This document shows positions 1-11,370 of a DNA stretch of 64,000 bases, piece by piece. The position numbers and the translations under genes were made by a program. Source of the DNA: an uncultured Candidatus Peribacteria bacterium (GTDB lineage: Bacteria > Patescibacteriota > Gracilibacteria > UBA1369 > UM-FILTER-53-11). The stretch spans positions 488 to 64,487 of the forward strand of contig CAYHBN010000001.1 in NCBI GenBank assembly GCA_964354865.1, written 5' to 3'. Numbering within the stretch: position 1 is the first letter of the stretch; each line of letters opens with the position of its first letter. The notes below the pieces were generated by a model, which was given only the letters and a program-made list of their open reading frames with translations, made no database searches and was not told the origin of the DNA.

Positions 1-1836
1 ACTATTTGAGTGCTCATCGACGTCTAAATCAGCGAGAATATGTTTCGTAAAATAGCCATCGGGCAAATTAACATGTGTGTGTTCTTCAGGATATTTATTA
101 ACCCCAACGATACTTTTTAAAACTTTTGGCTGAGCTGGTTTTGTGAGCTTATCTTTTAATGCACCAAAGCGCGCTTTGACCATACCCAAGGTACTTTTTT
201 TCTTTGAAAAGCGATCAATAAGTTGTAATGATTTTTCCGTAGTCAACAGAGGGGCAAAAGAATGGCGAAACGTCTCAGTGTCATCATTAATCTTAAAGAA
301 AAGTGCCGTAGTATTTGGCCCTGTTTTAAATTCTGCAACTTCAGTCGGTGGAAATAAACGTGGTGATACATCTTGGCCATGCACTTTGAATGCAATCTCG
401 GTATACCCTTCTGGGCCATGTGAATATGCTTTATATTCTAAAGATCTTTCATGTGCAACATAGGCTCCGGTTGAGAGCACAAGAGCGGCTATACGTCCGC
501 GCCCTGTTGATAAATCGCCTATAGATTGAAGAGAGGCCTCAAAAGTAATACGCAAGAAATCCCCCTGAGGAGTCTTAATAATATCAGCACTCTCTGCCTG
601 CGAATCAGCCGCAAGATCTATCAATGATCCAAGTAAATCAGCTTCATCAAGACGCTCAGCACCCACACGAATAGAAGGAGAACTTTTGCTTATATCCAGC
701 AGAAACCTTGAAGCAGTAGGTATCTCGGCTTTAGCCATACAATCATAGGTGTATTGAGAAAGAAGTTTTACTTTTTGTTGTCCTCTTCGTACACATTCAT
801 CAAACTCATTTTTGCTATTTGTAATAAGCGTATCTCCATATAATTCATGCCAAATCTCACCGATCATTTTCCTGTTCTCAATATTAAAGTCCCCTATTTC
901 AATGCGCCTCTCATCTTCATTACCCGTCTCAAAAATCCACTTCACTATTTCTGTTAAAAGCTTTTTATCTTTGAGCTGATTAATTGCCTCCTGAATGACT
1001 TCACGGTATTCGCCCTCTACCGTCTTTGAATCATGAGACCGACGTACATGAATAGAATTATCAACTTCGTCCTCGTGTGTCGAGTTAAATCCCTCAATAC
1101 TCCACCTAAAAAGTGCACGGGTGCCCCTGTAATACGTGATCATGTCTACATTTAAACCATCGACATAAAGCGAGGTATAACCATCCTCAGGAGGTGAAGA
1201 TGAATCGTTCAGACACTCAACTGTGCCTTGCCATACATTTGTAGAATGGCGAACTTTTTTTTGAGCATCAGCATTTGGCTCAACGATACAGGCACGAGGA
1301 AATTCAGGATTTGCAAAGAGATAGAGTGACGGAATTGCTTTGATTTCTTCTAAAAGTTTCTCGTCTGGATTACGTATGCTAAATACAGTTTTGCGCAAAT
1401 CATCCTCTTTGCGAGGAACACTTGTTCCGGTAAGGGTGAGCACCTGCGCCACACCACTCACGGTTTTTCCAATCTTTGTGCGAGCACTCCAGTTACGATC
1501 AAGATAGTTAGAGGTTACTTCTACCTCGTAACCGCGGCTCGTTAGGTAGGTCATCGCCGTTGTAGTACCTCTGCCATGCTCACCTTGTGTAGCACCAGTC
1601 GAAGGATGACGACAAATTACAATATCTTCAGGCGGCAATCCGGGGCCTGCGTTAAAAAAATCAATTGATGCCACACCATGAGAGGGAACATTTTTCCCAT
1701 TAAATTCAATTACACTCCCCTCGCTCATCATAAATAAAATACGAGGCGGTGGGGTGTTGTTGCGCCCATAGTCATACTGACCCTGCATTAACTCATAAAA
1801 GGCAACCGGGCGGCCCTCTTTATGTCGCTCTGCCAT
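1..1836 (-). CDS. hypothetical protein, 3' end cut by window edge (at least 612 aa); weak GHKL-ATPase-like motifs
   Basis: Absent from the supplied ORF track because it runs off the window. My line-by-line reverse-strand translation is stop-free from ATG (1836-1834) to nt 1: MAERHKEGRPVAFYELMQGQYDYGRNNTPPPRILFMMSEGSVIEFNGKNVPSHGVASIDFFNAGPGLPPEDIVICRHPSTGATQGEHGRGTTTAMTYL... FNAGPGLP and GEHGRGTT are spaced like the G1/G2 boxes of Bergerat-fold ATPases. Function is not established. Confidence 0.6.
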   Translation of the reverse strand, partial: MAERHKEGRPVAFYELMQGQYDYGRNNTPPPRILFMMSEGSVIEFNGKNVPSHGVASIDFFNAGPGLPPEDIVICRHPSTGATQGEHGRGTTTAMTYLTSRGYEVEVTSNYLDRNWSARTKIGKTVSGVAQVLTLTGTSVPRKEDDLRKTVFSIRNPDEKLLEEIKAIPSLYLFANPEFPRACIVEPNADAQKKVRHSTNVWQGTVECLNDSSSPPEDGYTSLYVDGLNVDMITYYRGTRALFRWSIEGFNSTHEDEVDNSIHVRRSHDSKTVEGEYREVIQEAINQLKDKKLLTEIVKWIFETGNEDERRIEIGDFNIENRKMIGEIWHELYGDTLITNSKNEFDECVRRGQQKVKLLSQYTYDCMAKAEIPTASRFLLDISKSSPSIRVGAERLDEADLLGSLIDLAADSQAESADIIKTPQGDFLRITFEASLQSIGDLSTGRGRIAALVLSTGAYVAHERSLEYKAYSHGPEGYTEIAFKVHGQDVSPRLFPPTEVAEFKTGPNTTALFFKINDDTETFRHSFAPLLTTEKSLQLIDRFSKKKSTLGMVKARFGALKDKLTKPAQPKVLKSIVGVNKYPEEHTHVNLPDGYFTKHILADLDVDEHSNS

Positions 1837-2009
1837 CGTATCGACTTCCCTTGTCTGAGGCCCAAAGCTGGACTGTATATAAAACGAGTCAGGAACACGA
1901 TGGGGCTCCAGATCAACAGAGCTGCCTACTACTGATTTTGTTTCAAATCCATCATGGAATTATACCACATATTGGTATTTTTGACTATTCCATGTTATTA
2001 TTGTATTGT

Positions 2010-2657
2010 ATGGGACAGATTCAAAAAGAAAGAGAGTCATTAGTATTACCATATAGCTATAAAGCTTCAGCCAAAGAGACTGGCGCTGCACGCGGCGAAA
2101 GCGCAACTATTACTACTCAAGTTAAGGTTGCCGTAAGTGCCGTTGGAGTTGGCAGTGCCCCAAAACAGACAGTTACACTCGATGTTGGCGTTGAGGCTCC
2201 AAAAGGATACCTACTTAACACTCTCCATTTACGTACAAACGCAGAAATAGCTGCAGAACTTAAAGCTATAGGTGCCGTAGGTGAGAAGCTTGGAAAACAA
2301 TATTTAGAGACACTTGATGCTGCATTATATTTTCAACCGCATAACTACGAAGAGTTTCGTCGAGGTGCGCTGCAGCTGTGTAAAACTATAGATATGAACG
2401 CCATAACACTTAATGATCTGTTAAGGAAAAACTACTCTTTTGAGCAGATTTCCATGATAATTTACGGAATGGGAATACTACTTAAGTCACGAGGTGCTGA
2501 TAATTGCTTCGAATGTAATCATGCAATAAGAGATGGACTTTCAGTTCTTAATCCAGCAAAAACTCAAAATCCCCCTTTGAACCAACCAAGGGTTGCAGTA
2601 CAAAAAAAGCCGGAAGGTGGATTTTTCAGGAATCTATTTAGGAAAAAAGATAAATAA
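2010..2657 (+). CDS. hypothetical protein (215 aa from ATG 2010)
   Basis: Track ORF 1749..2657 starts at a GTG that overlaps the 5' end of the minus-strand gene 1..1836. The internal ATGs at 1992 and 2010 are more plausible starts. TTGACT (1981-1986), 17 nt, then TATTGT (2004-2009) sits directly before ATG 2010. No family recognised. Confidence 0.45.
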   Translation: MGQIQKERESLVLPYSYKASAKETGAARGESATITTQVKVAVSAVGVGSAPKQTVTLDVGVEAPKGYLLNTLHLRTNAEIAAELKAIGAVGEKLGKQYLETLDAALYFQPHNYEEFRRGALQLCKTIDMNAITLNDLLRKNYSFEQISMIIYGMGILLKSRGADNCFECNHAIRDGLSVLNPAKTQNPPLNQPRVAVQKKPEGGFFRNLFRKKDK

Positions 2658-2678
2658 TAAAAAAATGAAGCTAAAGCT

Positions 2679-3152
2679 ATGAACATTCGCCAAGGCAAAA
2701 TCGAAGACTTTGAGAAACTGAACCATGAGTGGGCCTGGAATCCAGAAAAAGAGTGGCAGCAAAAAGCTCAGAAAGACTATATTAAAGGGATTCAAGCCGG
2801 CAGACAGGAGTTTTTAGTTATCGAGAACGAAGACCAGATTATCGGAGAATTTCATATCTACTGGAAAAAGAATGATACAGATGAAGCAGATGGAAAAAAG
2901 CGCGCCTATCTTTCTGCATTCCGTATACACCCTGAATTTAGACACCAAGGATTTGGGAAAAAACTCATGACCGCAGTACTTGAAAGAATCAAAGAGAAAG
3001 GATTTAGTGAGGTAACAATCGGTGCCTATAAACACGAACCAGAAATTCAAAAACTTTACGAAAAGTGGGGATTTACCGAATTTGTGAAGGAAGCGATTGA
3101 AGAAACAACTGACGGCAAACCAACCTATCTTTTGTTTTTGAAGAAACTATAA
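2679..3152 (+). CDS. GNAT family N-acetyltransferase
   Basis: 157 aa. Acetyl-CoA binding motif A in RIHPEFRHQGFGKKLMTAVLERIKEKGF, and C-terminal YEKWGFTEF, both typical of GNAT. Confidence 0.8.
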   Translation: MNIRQGKIEDFEKLNHEWAWNPEKEWQQKAQKDYIKGIQAGRQEFLVIENEDQIIGEFHIYWKKNDTDEADGKKRAYLSAFRIHPEFRHQGFGKKLMTAVLERIKEKGFSEVTIGAYKHEPEIQKLYEKWGFTEFVKEAIEETTDGKPTYLLFLKKL

Positions 3153-3277
3153 AAAACACGAACCGAAAGATTTGAGCGCGCGTAGCTTTTGCGAAGAGCG
3201 GGTCTTGCGGGTCCCGCGATTCGAAAAAGCGAGCTAAAGCGAAAATCTTGAGGTGAGTAACAGATATTTTGGAAGTA

Positions 3278-3324
3278 CTGAAACCTTTCTTAAAGGTTTC
3301 AGATAGTTTCACCGTGAGGTGAAA
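3278..3324. terminator. two adjacent strong hairpins downstream of tRNA-Arg (minus) and of the GNAT gene (plus)
   Basis: 3278-3302 CTGAAACCTTT-ctt-AAAGGTTTCAG is a perfect 11-bp stem. 3307-3324 TTTCACC-gtga-GGTGAAA is a 7-bp stem. Neither has a clear U-tract, so the terminator role is inferred from position only. Confidence 0.35.
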
Positions 3325-3331
3325 CGCAGTT

Positions 3332-3406
3332 TGGTGCACCCGAGAGGAATCGAACCTCTATCCACGGTTCCGAAGACCGTCGTTCTATCCGTTGAACTAC
3401 GGGTGC
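3332..3406 (-). tRNA. tRNA-Arg (anticodon UCG), CCA encoded
   Basis: The reverse complement folds as a cloverleaf. Acceptor: GCACCCG/CGGGTGC. D arm: GTTC-AACGGATA-GAAC. Anticodon arm: ACGGT-CTTCGGA-ACCGT (anticodon TCG). 4-nt variable loop. T arm: AGAGG-TTCGATT-CCTCT. Discriminator A, then CCA. Confidence 0.9.
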
Positions 3407-3542
3407 TTGATATCAAATTTGCAATGGGCTAAATTTGCCGTGTAACAATAATACGGGTTGTCGGTATTAACAAGTGGCTGAAAAAGATGAGCTAAATCAG
3501 GCATTGACAAAATAACGCCCACGTGTCACTATACACCCCCCT

Positions 3543-5453
3543 ATGAATACCCCCGCACCAGAATATCCAATGGATCGATGGAATCCGCTTGAAACAGAGG
3601 TTCGCCCTGATCAGGTCCATAGACCCATGCCTAGAAATAGGTATTCTAATAGTTACCAAATTCCAAAAGAAACGAACCTTGCCCGTGTCAGTGCATCAGA
3701 CTCAGATGAAGATTTTGCAAAACTTCTCAACAGAATTGATTTGAAAATTGCAGAAAAAAAAGCACGTGAGCAACAGGAAGCAAGAGATTTTATTGAGTCT
3801 ATTAAAAGGAAAACCGCAGCAGCAAATGGAAAAGTGGTAACTGCATTCGGCGCTGTTTTACCTACGGGAGGCATATTTTCAGATACGAATCAAACGCAAG
3901 CATTGGTTCCAGGTACACCTGAACCAATCCAAGAGAAAAAAGCACCGTATTCGAGAGAAGCATCACATAGAATGGTTCTCTCAAATCTCAACAATATAAT
4001 TACTGATTCACTCGCGTTTGCAAAACGTGCTACTGCCGTAGACGGCTATCATTATTCGTATGAGGGATTACATGCTGAGTACCGCAAAATTCTTTCTCTA
4101 CAAGCTGCTGGTATTTTAACGGAGCAAGATGTTTTGAATATTCAAAATGCAGTTGACCAACGCCTCAAATTTGCCGGGGTATGCGAATATGCCCGTGACA
4201 TCCTTATGCCTTGGAATGTAGAGAATGTGCCTCCATCAAAATTCTTCACACAAATTTCCTCATTTAAGGATGATTTACCAGGAATATTTAGCGAAAACCC
4301 AGAAACCCCGTCACAGGCAAACGCCCTTAATAGAACTCATGCACAACCGTTAGCTCGAGAACCACTAACTCCTGAAGCTGCACGCGCACCGGTTGTACCA
4401 AGAACCACAGAAGCTCCATTTTCAGCATCTCAAACTATACCAGCTGGCATTACCGTGTTACGTGATTTCACCATGGAGACAGGCCCACAAGAACATGCCG
4501 CAGTGAATATTCCTGTTTCAGGGCCACCACCGGTGCCAAGTGTTCAAGAACACGAGGTACTTATACTAGGTGCGTCAGCAACAAATCCTGAGGCAATCGT
4601 AGCTGCAGCCGTGCCTCAAATTACAAATGAATTAGAATGGTACGACTTAACACCTGAGCAATTATTGGCACAGGCAGAATATGTAGAAGCATTGACGACT
4701 AGTGCTGCCTATAATAAGCCAGAAGCTCAAACCCCTGCAGAAGAGACTGAAGTAGATACAACTCCCCTCACGCCAACCGCACCAATAGAGCTACGACGAC
4801 ACACTGCACTGGAACGAGCAAAACCTAGATCAGCATATCATCAACACGTGCAGAGATTTGTTGAGAAGTATGGTAGGGCAGCAATGATAGCGAGTATGCT
4901 TGGTGGATCAATAAATGCAAGTGACACACCACAGACTGCTAACCCTCCTCTTGGTGCAGAGATGAATTTTATAAGCCCAGCAATGAAAGAAGTGAGTGAA
5001 AATCTTCCGGTAACTTTTTCAAAAGCAGCAAAAAAAGGAGCCCCAAGCTTTTTCGAGAATTTGGCAAAACAAGCTAAATCATTATTTGTAAAACAACAAC
5101 CAGTACAAGAACTCACAGACTACGAGAAAAAATATCTCGCAACACACCAATCACGTGTGGATTCAGCGCGCGAAAAAGCGGCGCAATGGCAAGCTGGCAA
5201 TCGCGTACAAGAATTTGAGATGGTAACACCAATTACGAATCACGAGCTCAAAATGCTCGATAGAACTGAAGCAACCGTATTGGGAGAAACTACCGTCAAT
5301 CGCCTCTATGCAAAAAAAGACGTCATGATTTCTATGGGTGAAAACGTAAATCCTGCCATCAACCTGTACAAAACACCCACATCTGCGGCGAAAGAACAGC
5401 CAAAATCACTCTTTGGCAAATTAGGTTCAAAGGTAAAATCTTGGTTTGCGTAA
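3543..5453 (+). CDS. hypothetical protein, Pro/Ala/Glu-rich (636 aa)
   Basis: Long ORF with the only long frame in the region. Low-complexity central part. No motif recognised. C-rich leader CACCCCCCCT immediately before the ATG. Confidence 0.6.
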   Translation: MNTPAPEYPMDRWNPLETEVRPDQVHRPMPRNRYSNSYQIPKETNLARVSASDSDEDFAKLLNRIDLKIAEKKAREQQEARDFIESIKRKTAAANGKVVTAFGAVLPTGGIFSDTNQTQALVPGTPEPIQEKKAPYSREASHRMVLSNLNNIITDSLAFAKRATAVDGYHYSYEGLHAEYRKILSLQAAGILTEQDVLNIQNAVDQRLKFAGVCEYARDILMPWNVENVPPSKFFTQISSFKDDLPGIFSENPETPSQANALNRTHAQPLAREPLTPEAARAPVVPRTTEAPFSASQTIPAGITVLRDFTMETGPQEHAAVNIPVSGPPPVPSVQEHEVLILGASATNPEAIVAAAVPQITNELEWYDLTPEQLLAQAEYVEALTTSAAYNKPEAQTPAEETEVDTTPLTPTAPIELRRHTALERAKPRSAYHQHVQRFVEKYGRAAMIASMLGGSINASDTPQTANPPLGAEMNFISPAMKEVSENLPVTFSKAAKKGAPSFFENLAKQAKSLFVKQQPVQELTDYEKKYLATHQSRVDSAREKAAQWQAGNRVQEFEMVTPITNHELKMLDRTEATVLGETTVNRLYAKKDVMISMGENVNPAINLYKTPTSAAKEQPKSLFGKLGSKVKSWFA

Positions 5454-5513
5454 GCCACGGAATCGCATAATTTGAGAGTGTGCTACACTACGCTTCGTCT
5501 TTAGAAAAACTTC

Positions 5514-6551
5514 ATGAAGATCTTTGTCGATAAAATCCTCTCAGTTACCAAAAACGTACCCCTGACGCACCAGGTACAGATTACCGATGTTATTCCGGCC
5601 AAAGACGGCACCTTGATTGCCGTTGAGGTTCTTGATAACAAAAAGCTGTATAACAAAGTTGAGTTACGCACTGGTCGTTTTTCAACGGTAAAGAAAGGAG
5701 ACACACTCGTTGTTACGCTCGGCCAACGAAGAGCATTAATGGGCTTTGTGGGAGGCATTCCTAAATCGATAAAAAAAGGCGATGTCATTCATCTTCTCAA
5801 TATGGGAGGTGTTGCCGGCATTTGTACAAGTTCAAGCACGCACGAAGTTGGAAAACCACTTCGCTTAAAAGTTCTCGGTGCCCTCTGTGATGACAAAAAA
5901 AAGGTTTTGAGCATTAAAGATTCTGTGCTTTTTAAACCAGAAAAAAAACTTCGCATAACCGTCCCGATTATTGCCGTTTCAGGAACGAGCATGAATGTTG
6001 GAAAAACATCGGTTGCGGCAGAAATTATTCGACAAGCAACTAAAAAAGGATATCGAATTGCAGCGGCAAAACTCGCAGGAATCGCAGCGTTACGCGATAC
6101 AGAGGCCATGGAAGATTACGGCGCATGTGGCGTTACCTCTTTTCTCGATGGCGGTTACTCATCGACAATTGGACTCAATGGCAGTGCTGCTCCCTTGTCG
6201 TTTGGGGCATTAAATTTTTTAGCAGAGACAACCATGCCCGATGCGATTGTGGTTGAACTTGGCGATGGTTTGCTCGGTGACTATGGAGTAATGTCTCTCT
6301 TAAAAGATGCTGGATTTAGAAAAGCAGTTACCGTACACATTGGTTGTGCACATGACCCTGTGGGTGCGGTTAAACTAAGCGAAATTTGCAAAAAATTAAA
6401 GGTTCCACTTTCATTAATTTCGGGGCCTGTAACCGATAACAGCGTTGGAGTGGATTTCGTCAACAAAGCAATTAAGATCCCCGGCATCAATGCGTTGTAT
6501 AATGGTGAAGAACTATTTGCGACCATTGAACCACTTTGCTTTAAAAAATGA
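5514..6551 (+). CDS. P-loop-containing hypothetical protein (possibly DUF1611/DgcN-like)
   Basis: 345 aa. Walker-A-like VSGTSMNVGKTSVAAEI lies after a roughly 150-aa N-terminal domain. The stop overlaps the start of the priA-like gene (ATGA at 6548-6551). The family call comes from remembered motif resemblance only. Confidence 0.55.
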   Translation: MKIFVDKILSVTKNVPLTHQVQITDVIPAKDGTLIAVEVLDNKKLYNKVELRTGRFSTVKKGDTLVVTLGQRRALMGFVGGIPKSIKKGDVIHLLNMGGVAGICTSSSTHEVGKPLRLKVLGALCDDKKKVLSIKDSVLFKPEKKLRITVPIIAVSGTSMNVGKTSVAAEIIRQATKKGYRIAAAKLAGIAALRDTEAMEDYGACGVTSFLDGGYSSTIGLNGSAAPLSFGALNFLAETTMPDAIVVELGDGLLGDYGVMSLLKDAGFRKAVTVHIGCAHDPVGAVKLSEICKKLKVPLSLISGPVTDNSVGVDFVNKAIKIPGINALYNGEELFATIEPLCFKK

Positions 6552-8218
6552 ATGACACCACTACCAAGGAACAGCTGAGCTACGCGTCGGTTATTCCGCT
6601 GCGGCGGGTACCTGAGCGTTTTGCCGTACTTTCATATTCATATGAAAAGTCGCTCAATCTTTCTCGTGGCGATGTGGTAAAAATGCCCTTTGGAAAAAGC
6701 GAAATTTTTGGTGTGGTGATTTCGACTCAACAGTTCAAACCAAGTTTTTCGGTAAAACAAATATCAACAATACTCCCCTACCAATTAGGCGAAAAAACGC
6801 TTTCGGCAATAGATCAAATTCATGCGCACTACCATGTTTCGTACGCTCAAATTGTGCAGCTATTTATATCGTCTACGACGCTTGAGGCATTGAACAAAAA
6901 AAGTATACAAGATGATTTATTAGGGATTTTTGAAGAAACAAAAAACTATATAGAAGCTGCGCCATCACAAGAAGTGCAGTTCCCCTACCGGCTTTATATT
7001 GAAAAATCAGCGAATGACCGAAGTGAGCTTTTAACAAAATTATTATCACGTGCAACAGGCACGACACTCATTGTACTACCCGAGCAGTACGCACTCTCAC
7101 ACATAGAAAAACGGCTTACCGATGCTAATATAAACTTCGTCTCCTATCATGGAGAAATCAACGCACGAAAACGAGCGACCATTTGGCTCAAGGCTCTCAA
7201 TGGTATTCCACAGACCATAGTCACCACTCGCATTGGGCTGTTTCTGCCATTCAGGGAGTTATCGAATATTATTTTATTTGACGAAGACAACGAGTCTTAT
7301 GAAGAGATTCGCAGCCCGCACTATCACGCCGTTGATATCGCTCGCTTGCTTACCGAGACCTATGGTGCGGCCATGAGTACCGTGGTTCCTGCTCCGCTGT
7401 TTGAAACATGGCATGCCTGTGAATCGAATCCTAAAACGCATACCGTTTTTCAACTTACCCAAACAAACGATACTCCTACACAGGTTACTATCGTACCGAT
7501 GACCGAAGAAAGAATGTCGGGGAATCACAGTGCGCTCTCTGAAATCGCACTTCAAAAAATTGCCGCAACACTCGCACAGCATAAACAGGTTTTGCTTTTT
7601 ATTAACCGTCGAGGTGTCGTCAGTATGACTGTCTGCAAAGAGTGTGATGCCATTGCCTCGTGCCCACGCTGCCAGACCGCACTCACCACCCACCGCAATG
7701 GCGAGTTCAAGTGTCATCGCTGCAACTTCAACTCTGAGATTCTTTCTGCATGTAAAAATTGCGGCAGCCTTCGTCAAAAATCGATTGGGCTTGGTACCCA
7801 GGGTATAGAGGATCTATTGAACAAAATATTTGCTCAAGCGAAGATAATTCGCCTCGACTCAGACTCGGTAAAAGGCTCAAAAGAGCGAAAATTCGCCCTG
7901 AGCTTCGATGAGCTCGACAGCGCCGACATTATCGTAGCAACAAAAATTATCGATAAACCGCTCGATCTACCACGGCTCGCCACCTCAATTGCGGTGGTGC
8001 CCGACTCGCTGCTTCATATTCCTCATTTTCGCGCCGAAGAGAAGGCATTACAAACTCTCGCGCGGCTCAAAGTGAACACAAAAGAAAACCTTATTTTGCA
8101 AACATACCTGCCCGACTCTGCGGTATATCAAGCGCTCGAAACAGGGAACCTCATGCCGTTTTATACGCAAGAACGAGACACTCGAAAACTGCTTAAACTG
8201 GCTCCATTCAACGAATAG
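6548..8218 (+). CDS. priA: primosomal protein N' (PriA)-like, helicase motifs degenerate
   Basis: PriA-type Cys-rich region CKECDAIASCPRCQTALTTHRNGEFKCHRCNF...CKNCGS (7634-7768). Colinear with E. coli PriA (LFINRRG, GLGTQ). The Walker A position reads IEKSANDRSELL and DEEH reads DEDN. Confidence 0.7.
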   Translation: MNDTTTKEQLSYASVIPLRRVPERFAVLSYSYEKSLNLSRGDVVKMPFGKSEIFGVVISTQQFKPSFSVKQISTILPYQLGEKTLSAIDQIHAHYHVSYAQIVQLFISSTTLEALNKKSIQDDLLGIFEETKNYIEAAPSQEVQFPYRLYIEKSANDRSELLTKLLSRATGTTLIVLPEQYALSHIEKRLTDANINFVSYHGEINARKRATIWLKALNGIPQTIVTTRIGLFLPFRELSNIILFDEDNESYEEIRSPHYHAVDIARLLTETYGAAMSTVVPAPLFETWHACESNPKTHTVFQLTQTNDTPTQVTIVPMTEERMSGNHSALSEIALQKIAATLAQHKQVLLFINRRGVVSMTVCKECDAIASCPRCQTALTTHRNGEFKCHRCNFNSEILSACKNCGSLRQKSIGLGTQGIEDLLNKIFAQAKIIRLDSDSVKGSKERKFALSFDELDSADIIVATKIIDKPLDLPRLATSIAVVPDSLLHIPHFRAEEKALQTLARLKVNTKENLILQTYLPDSAVYQALETGNLMPFYTQERDTRKLLKLAPFNE

Positions 8219-8232
8219 TGCACTATAAAAAA

Positions 8233-8631
8233 CTACACCTTCACTGGCGCTGAATCACGACGTCTATCTTCACGCCACAGAGGATTCAAGTGATAATTAT
8301 CAGGATTTCGACCCTCTCCACCTCCACGTTTTTTAGGTGTCTCAATTTTGGGTTCACATGAGAAGTTTCCTTCACCATCACTAATAAGCTTGCCATGACA
8401 GTTCTTTCTCATCTCTTCAAGAGAATTCGGATCACGTTGATGCCTCTCAGCGGGCTCAGGCAAAACACTCGATTTTGGAATCATCGAAATACTCGCGCCA
8501 ATTACCCCTAGAAAGACAAGCGCCGCAATTGCATCTCTCACAGGAACTTGAACACTACCAATCGCGAGCATTGATGGTCGCGGATGATTATCTGCAGAAG
8601 AGATGCTCAATTTTGTTCTTTCTATACCCAT
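8233..8631 (-). CDS. hypothetical small membrane-anchored protein
   Basis: 132 aa with one hydrophobic helix (AIAALVFLGVIGASISMI). No family recognised. The overlapping plus ORF 8475..8744 looks less protein-like. Confidence 0.4.
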   Translation of the reverse strand: MGIERTKLSISSADNHPRPSMLAIGSVQVPVRDAIAALVFLGVIGASISMIPKSSVLPEPAERHQRDPNSLEEMRKNCHGKLISDGEGNFSCEPKIETPKKRGGGEGRNPDNYHLNPLWREDRRRDSAPVKV

Positions 8632-8740
8632 ATGAGCTAGAATGCAATATAGGCTATTTATTTAATTTGTCAAGCTATTTGCTTGCTAAAAACATTCTGA
8701 AACTTACCTTATCCGAGGCATTTTACTACACTAGCCGAGT

Positions 8741-9712
8741 ATGAGAATTTTATCTGGCATGCAGCCATCGGGCAAAGCCCACATTGGCAACTATTTAGGA
8801 GCAATGCGACAGCACGTTGCAATGCAAAACGAGGGCGATTGTTTTTACTTTTTGGCTAATTATCATGCACTTACTACCATTCGCGATAGTGCTCGATTGA
8901 AAGAATTAACCTTTGATCTTGCGGTCGATTATTTGGCGCTCGGCATCGATCCTACAAAAACGACGTTTTTTATGCAGAGCGATGTTCCCGAACTTACCGA
9001 ACTTACATGGATATTCGATACCATTAGTCCCGTAGGTCTTCTCGAACGAGCACACGCCTGGAAAGACGCAAAACAGAAAGGGAAAAAAGATATGACCGTG
9101 GGACTCTTCAATTATCCTGTATTAATGGCATGCGATATTTTAATATATAGCCCGGACAAAGTTCCCGTTGGCCAAGACCAAAAACAACACGTCGAAATTA
9201 CCAACGATATCGCCGGCTACTTTAACAACACGTTCGGCGAAACATTTAAACAAGTTGAAGTCGTCATAAAAGAAGATGTCGCCGTGGTACCTGGTACCGA
9301 CGGACAAAAAATGAGCAAGAGCTATGGCAATACCATCGACATATTTACCGACGAAGCGACACTTAAAAAACAGGTGATGGGTATTAAGACCGATTCACTT
9401 GGCGTTGCCGATCCAAAAAATCCAAATGAGTGTATTCCGTTTCAACTCCTCTCTCATTTTGCCTCGCCAGAAATCGTTAAAAGTGTTGAAGAAAAATTAC
9501 GAAATGGAGGCTTCGGATACGGTGATTTAAAAAAACAACTTCTCGAGACACTTCTTGCCTACTTTGCCGATGCACGTGCGCGTAGAGCTGAACTATTAAA
9601 AAATCCAAGCTACGTTCATGACGTACTCGCGCAGGGGGGTAAAAAAGCTCGCGCAGTCGCACAAACAAAAATGGCAGAGGTAAGAAAAAAAGTTGGCCTT
9701 GACCTGTTATAA
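8741..9712 (+). CDS. trpS: tryptophan--tRNA ligase
   Basis: Class I aaRS motifs: GKAHIGNYLG (HIGH-type) and KMSKS. 323 aa is a typical TrpRS length. Confidence 0.95.
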   Translation: MRILSGMQPSGKAHIGNYLGAMRQHVAMQNEGDCFYFLANYHALTTIRDSARLKELTFDLAVDYLALGIDPTKTTFFMQSDVPELTELTWIFDTISPVGLLERAHAWKDAKQKGKKDMTVGLFNYPVLMACDILIYSPDKVPVGQDQKQHVEITNDIAGYFNNTFGETFKQVEVVIKEDVAVVPGTDGQKMSKSYGNTIDIFTDEATLKKQVMGIKTDSLGVADPKNPNECIPFQLLSHFASPEIVKSVEEKLRNGGFGYGDLKKQLLETLLAYFADARARRAELLKNPSYVHDVLAQGGKKARAVAQTKMAEVRKKVGLDLL

Positions 9713-11353
<1,641 letters not shown>

Positions 11354-11370
11354 AATCCATATTAGTAGAT

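Noticed and set aside
3073-3339. 88-aa minus-strand ORF between the GNAT gene and the tRNA
   Set aside because: It overlaps the 3' end of tRNA-Arg and both strong hairpins, and it has no coding-like composition. The region is better explained as tRNA trailer or terminator sequence.
6548-6551. Possible alternative genetic code (UGA recoded, as in Gracilibacteria/SR1), given the CPR-like gene content
   Set aside because: TGA clearly terminates well-conserved genes in ATGA stop/start overlaps (6548-6551, 43739-43742). All conserved proteins (pyrG, rpoD, gatA, dnaA, hppA) read through at full length with the standard code.
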